Assembly: GCA_045600365.1 (NCBI GenBank)
Contig: JAZRXT010000103.1
Span: forward strand, 1-52,119
Direction of reading: 5' to 3'
Length of the DNA: 52,119 bases
DNA from: Kiritimatiellia bacterium
GTDB lineage: Bacteria; Verrucomicrobiota; Kiritimatiellia; RFP12; UBA1067
Shown here: positions 47,739 to 52,119 of the stretch, piece by piece
Numbering within the stretch: the first letter of the stretch is position 1
Layout of the letters: every line of letters starts with the position of its first letter
Translations under genes and position numbers: made by a program
Notes under the pieces: model-generated
What the model was told of the DNA's origin: nothing
Seen by the model: the letters and a program-made list of their open reading frames with translations, nothing else
Database searches by the model: none

Positions 47739-50576
47739 CTAGTGTGCTTCCAGCCAGTTGCTTCCAGCGCCCACCGCCACTTCGAGCGGCACTCCCAGCG
47801 CCATGGCGCCCTCCATTTCGCGTCGGGCGATCTCTGTGACCTGCTCCACTTCGTCGCGCGGAACGTCGAAGAGCAGTTCGTCGTGGATCTGCAGCACCAT
47901 CTTCGCCTTTAGCTTCGCCTCGCGCAGTGCTCGGTCCACCCGCACCATGGCGAGCTTGATCAGATCCGCCGCCGTTCCCTGCACCGGCGTGTTCACGGCA
48001 TCGCGCTCCGCCGCCTGCCGGGCGGTGGCGTTGCGCGAGTCGATGTCCCGCAGCGTGCGGCGACGCCCGAGCGCGGTCACCGCGTAGCCGGTGGCGCGAG
48101 CCTTCGCGATGGATGATTCCATGAACGCCTTGATTCGCGGATAGAGCGCGAAGTACGATTCGATCAGCGTCGCCGCCTCCTTGCGCGGAATGTGCAGACG
48201 CTCGGAAAGCCCGAAAGCGGAAATGCCGTAGATGATGCCGAAGTTCACCATCTTGCACCGCGAGCGCATTTCATCCGTCACCAGCGGGGCCATGACGCCA
48301 TACACCCTGGCCGCGGTTTCGCGGTGGATGTCTGCCCCGCTGGCGAATGCCGCCAGCATCGATTCGTCCCCGCTCATCGCCGCCATGATCCGCAGTTCGA
48401 TCTGGGAATAGTCGGCGGATACGAGCAGATGGTTCTCGTCGCGCGGCACGATGGCGGCGCGGATAGGCCGCCCGCGGTCGGTGCGCACGGGTATGTTCTG
48501 CAGATTGGGATCGCTCGATGAGAGGCGCCCGGTTTCCGCGAACGACTGCGAGAAGGTGGTGTGGACCCTTCCGTCGCGCGGGTCGATGCACTCGGGCAGA
48601 CGGTCGACGTACGTGTTCTTCAGCTTCGAGCAGGCGCGGTATTCGAGGATCTTCTCCACCACCGGATGCTCGCCGGCGATGCGGCGCAGCGTCTTCTCGT
48701 CGGTGGAGTACTGTCCGTTGAGATTCTTCTTGGCCCCGGCGGGACTGAGCGCGAGCTTCCCGTAGAGGAATTCCGCCAGCTGCTTGGGCGAATCCAGATT
48801 GATGTCGCTGCCGGCGACGGCGGTGATATCGGAGGTGAGCCGGTTCAGCTCCGCCTGGAGCTCCACCCCGTAGCGGGCGAGCGCGGCGGTGTCGATGCGC
48901 ACCCCTTCCCGCTCCATCCCGATCAGCACCCGCACCAGCGGCTCCTCGCTCTGCTCAAGCGCCGCCAGCGTGCCCGCCTCGGTGGCGCGCGGACGCAGGA
49001 CGTCGTCAAGGCGCAGGGTCACGTCGGCATCCTCGGCCGCGTAGTCGCATATCTGGTCGCCTGAGAGTTCCGCCATTGAGCGCTGTTCCTTGCCCCGTTC
49101 CTTCTCTCCGATCAGCGCCTCGATCGGGATTGGCGCATAGTCGAGGAACTCCCGCGCCAGGGTATCCATGCCATGCCGCGCGGCGGCGTCGGTGACGTAG
49201 TGCTCGAGCATGGTGTCGCGCACAGTCCCGGCGAAGACGATGCCGTAGCGCTCCAGCATTGTGATGTCGAACTTCGCGTTGTGCGCCACGAGAATCCTCG
49301 AGGGATCGGCGAAGACGGGCGCGAAGATCCGCACGAACGCCTCGGCCCTTTCGCGTGCCGCCGGGCTGGCGGCGGCATTGGCCGAGGCGAAGGCGAAGAG
49401 ATCGCCGCCGCTGGAGGTCTGCGCCTTCGCGGCGGCGCCGTGTGGTGGTACCGTCACGTACCACGCCTTGCCGGGCGCGGTGGCGAAACTCATCCCCACG
49501 AGATCGGCCGTGTGGGCGTCGGTGCCCGTGGTCTCGGTGTCGAAGGCGATTCTTCCTGCCGCCTCCAGCTCGCGCACGAGGGCGCGGGCGGCAGCTTCAT
49601 CCGCGATGAGGCGGTAGTCGTGCGCAACATCGGCCAGCGTCTTGAAGGCGTGCTCTCCAGCCGCGGCCGGTGCGCCACCACTTGCCGGCGGAGCTGCCGT
49701 TATCGGACAGCCGAGCTTTCTCGCGAGCGCGGTGAGCTCGTATTTGCGGCACACCGCCGGGAATTTCTCGGGGTCGGGTTCGCGGCGCTCGAGGTCATTC
49801 CAGTCGATGTCGAGCGGGACGTCGGTGCGGATGGTGGTGAGGAACTTGGACATCCTCGCGTCCTCCGTGGCGGCGGCGATTTTCTCGCCGAGCTTGCCGG
49901 GAATCTCGCCGGCGTGCGCGATTATCTCCTCCACGCTGCCATATTGCGCGAGCAGCGACTTGGCCGTCTTCTCACCCACTCCCTTTACCCCGGGGATGTT
50001 GTCGGCCGCGTCGCCGGCGAGCGCGAGGTAGTCGATCATCTGCGCGGGGGAGGAGAGCGACCAATGCTCCTTCACGCGCTCGGCATCGTAGATTTCGGCA
50101 GGATCCTTGCCATGGCCCGGACGGAAGAGATGGATGTGTTCGTCGACGAGCTGGGCGGCGTCCTTGTCGGGCGTGGCGAGAAAGACCTCGAAACCATCTG
50201 CAGCCGCCTTTTTCGCGAGCGAGCCCATTACATCGTCGGCCTCGAAGCCGTCGCGGCTGATGACGGGCAGGTTGAGGGCGTCGGCGAGCTCGAAGGCGTA
50301 GGGGATGTTGGCGGCGAGATCCTCTGGCATCTTCTCGCGCTGCGCCTTGTAGGGCGGGTAGGCCTGGTGGCGGAAGGTGGGTCCCTGGGGATCCATGGCA
50401 AGCACGGCGTGGGAAGGCTTGTGTTCGCCGAGGATGGAGGTTATGCCGTTGGCGAAGCCCAAGAGGGCCGAGACGTTGATGCCGTTGGAGGTGATGCGGG
50501 GGGAACGCAGGAACACGAAGTGCCCCTTGTAGAGGAACGGCATGAGATCGATGATGAAGAGCTTTTTTTCTGCCAT
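47739..50576 (-). CDS. polA: DNA polymerase I
   Basis: 5'-exonuclease FEADD, LAGDAADNIPGV; 3'-exonuclease FDTET, YAAED; polymerase TGRLSS, ADYSQIELR, NFGIIYG, QIHDEL. Confidence 0.98.
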   Translation of the reverse strand: MAEKKLFIIDLMPFLYKGHFVFLRSPRITSNGINVSALLGFANGITSILGEHKPSHAVLAMDPQGPTFRHQAYPPYKAQREKMPEDLAANIPYAFELADALNLPVISRDGFEADDVMGSLAKKAAADGFEVFLATPDKDAAQLVDEHIHLFRPGHGKDPAEIYDAERVKEHWSLSSPAQMIDYLALAGDAADNIPGVKGVGEKTAKSLLAQYGSVEEIIAHAGEIPGKLGEKIAAATEDARMSKFLTTIRTDVPLDIDWNDLERREPDPEKFPAVCRKYELTALARKLGCPITAAPPASGGAPAAAGEHAFKTLADVAHDYRLIADEAAARALVRELEAAGRIAFDTETTGTDAHTADLVGMSFATAPGKAWYVTVPPHGAAAKAQTSSGGDLFAFASANAAASPAARERAEAFVRIFAPVFADPSRILVAHNAKFDITMLERYGIVFAGTVRDTMLEHYVTDAAARHGMDTLAREFLDYAPIPIEALIGEKERGKEQRSMAELSGDQICDYAAEDADVTLRLDDVLRPRATEAGTLAALEQSEEPLVRVLIGMEREGVRIDTAALARYGVELQAELNRLTSDITAVAGSDINLDSPKQLAEFLYGKLALSPAGAKKNLNGQYSTDEKTLRRIAGEHPVVEKILEYRACSKLKNTYVDRLPECIDPRDGRVHTTFSQSFAETGRLSSSDPNLQNIPVRTDRGRPIRAAIVPRDENHLLVSADYSQIELRIMAAMSGDESMLAAFASGADIHRETAARVYGVMAPLVTDEMRSRCKMVNFGIIYGISAFGLSERLHIPRKEAATLIESYFALYPRIKAFMESSIAKARATGYAVTALGRRRTLRDIDSRNATARQAAERDAVNTPVQGTAADLIKLAMVRVDRALREAKLKAKMVLQIHDELLFDVPRDEVEQVTEIARREMEGAMALGVPLEVAVGAGSNWLEAH

Positions 50577-50617
50577 GGGAATATTCTATCATTGGCGGAC
50601 ATTGAAGTCAAATTAAT

Positions 50618-50690
50618 TAAATTCTCTACGCGCATAAATAGTTAAATTCGCTTCGCTCATAAATGCCCTTCGGGCTAAATTCGCCGCGCT
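50618..50690. repeat. dispersed REP-like element, copy 2
   Basis: 50640-50682 matches 21735-21777 with one mismatch; an extra degenerate unit at 50618-50640. Confidence 0.85.
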
Positions 50691-50804
50691 GGTACGTGAA
50701 AGAAGCAGCGCTCATGCACTTTCCTTTCTCCTCCCCGGTCGTGAAAGTGTAATCGCGAATCCCTTCCCCCACCCACCCCCCAAAAAGAAACTTTCACTTT
50801 CCTC

Positions 50805-50833
50805 TTGCCAACCTCCCTCATTTTTGCTACAAT
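50805..50833 (+). promoter_or_regulatory. sigma70 promoter of the terminal secreted-protein gene
   Basis: TTGCCA, 17 bp spacer, TGcTACAAT. Confidence 0.7.
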
Positions 50834-50924
50834 TCGGGTGTCAGCAGAGAAGCCGTGCCCTCGCAAGGGGCGCGGAGCGCTGCTTTTGCTCCCGGCGCGG
50901 GGATCCGAAACAAGGAAACAGAGC

Positions 50925-52119
50925 ATGAAGAAACTGATGATCGCATCCGCCGCCGCGGTGCTGGCGTCCGTTGGCTTCGCCGAAGCGTTCACGAACGCCA
51001 CTGGCTTCGAGAACGTCAACGCCGGCGAGACCAAGATCGCGGGCTGGAGTGATAACGCCGCTTCCACGCAGATCGGCGATGTCTACTGGTGGGGCGCCGA
51101 GGGTTCGGCGATCTCCAACGCGCAGGGCCAGGCCTATTCCGCCGCCTGCGGCTTCCCGGGCGCCTTCACGGGGTTCGGCAGCAACTACCTCGACCTCAAC
51201 ACCGAGAACGACATCCTATGGCGTTCGGTGAATCCCGCCGCCAAGCCCGATGCCGACTGGCAGAACGGCGAGGCCCAGGCCGTCGACGCGGAGACCGGTC
51301 TCTATGTCGACACGATGGTGCAGTTCACCATCACCGAGTCCGGCAGCGAGCCCGACCTCGATACCGAGGGTGGTGACAAGCTCGCCATCTGGCTGGGCAC
51401 GGTCACGAACACCGCCGGCGAGGTGGTTGGCACGAACCTGTTTGTCAAGGGTTCTGCGTTGGACGAGTCGTTGTCTTCGCTGCCGGCCACGTATGGACTT
51501 GAGCCAAAGTCTGGCACGATGGACCTTGTGCCTGGTACTTGGTATCGTCTGACGGTTAAGGCCATTAGCTCAATTTTCAGCGACGCTGAATTTACTGGTG
51601 GCTACGGGAATCTGCCGGGCTTCATAATCTACATCGACGGTGTCGCGTTCAGGATTGTGGACGGCAATGCCGACAAGCCCTTCCCGTTGACTGGCGAGGT
51701 CACCAAGTCCGACCTTGCGGCGTTTGTCAGCACCGATCTTGCCGACCTGTATGACGCCGACGCGCTTATTCCGTCCGCAGTGGGTCTGATTGACTATACC
51801 GTCACCCTCTCCGGCGTCGGCTTCAAGGGCTCGGGCGCGATCGACGACCTCGTCATCACCGACGAGCAGCCGAACTTCCTGACGCCCGTCGTCCCCGTCG
51901 ACTTCACGGTCACGATCCCCGCTGGCGCCACCGCCACCTACGCGATCGGCACCGGCGCGCCTGTCCCCCTGCCTGCTGATGGTAAGATCAGCGGCGCCGT
52001 GGATGCCGCGGTCACGATCACGATCACGCTGGCCGACGGCACGGTCGCCGTCAAGACCGGCACGATCACCGAGGACGGCACGCTCGACCTCAGCACCGTC
52101 GACTGGTCCTTCTATCTCG
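50925..52119 (+). CDS. secreted or surface beta-rich hypothetical protein, 3'-truncated by the window (not in the ORF track)
   Basis: SD aagga; MKKLMIASAAAVLASVGFA signal peptide; open to the window end (...YVDTMVQF...DKLAIW...WYRLTV...VGFKGSGAIDDLVI...). Confidence 0.85.
   Translation, partial: MKKLMIASAAAVLASVGFAEAFTNATGFENVNAGETKIAGWSDNAASTQIGDVYWWGAEGSAISNAQGQAYSAACGFPGAFTGFGSNYLDLNTENDILWRSVNPAAKPDADWQNGEAQAVDAETGLYVDTMVQFTITESGSEPDLDTEGGDKLAIWLGTVTNTAGEVVGTNLFVKGSALDESLSSLPATYGLEPKSGTMDLVPGTWYRLTVKAISSIFSDAEFTGGYGNLPGFIIYIDGVAFRIVDGNADKPFPLTGEVTKSDLAAFVSTDLADLYDADALIPSAVGLIDYTVTLSGVGFKGSGAIDDLVITDEQPNFLTPVVPVDFTVTIPAGATATYAIGTGAPVPLPADGKISGAVDAAVTITITLADGTVAVKTGTITEDGTLDLSTVDWSFYL

Overview
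52 kb of ordinary, GC-rich bacterial chromosome that spans the probable replication origin. The EF-Tu effector loop ([10 protein letters not shown] instead of RGITI) and the secreted-protein content suggest a PVC-superphylum, Kiritimatiellota-like organism; this is inference. Content, left to right: mlaEFD, potD, dnaB; a minus-strand block (DUF167, prenyltransferase-repeat protein, ispG, rseP, amidase, Tat-MBL hydrolase, argJ, Tat-lipoprotein SQR, MsbA-like exporter, SGNH protein); metX-metW fusion, pfk, SAM methyltransferase; a more AT-rich origin region (mnmG, CPA2-EIIA fusion, dnaA, dnaN, THUMP methyltransferase, XRE/zinc-ribbon regulator) with four DnaA-box clusters; a glpT-like/EEP/phoB-like/phoR-like/ybeY operon; tRNA-Thr-tuf-rpmG-tRNA-Trp-secE-nusG-rplKAJL without rpoBC; ccsBA fusion, D,D-carboxypeptidase, EEP, rpsT, pgk, a frameshifted histidine kinase, polA and a truncated secreted protein. 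Best leads: (1) two copies of a non-canonical parS-like palindrome, TGTGCCACGTGGCACA, written in frame as CATWHI inside loop insertions of mnmG; (2) DnaA boxes that are mostly TTATCAACA, beside a DnaA with an altered recognition helix; (3) an uncharacterised XRE/double-zinc-ribbon gene under the densest box cluster; (4) many apparently leaderless genes; (5) several families of short intergenic repeats; (6) a G8-tract frameshift in an orphan kinase. No CRISPR array, transposase, prophage or rRNA was seen. All calls are by eye, with no database searches.
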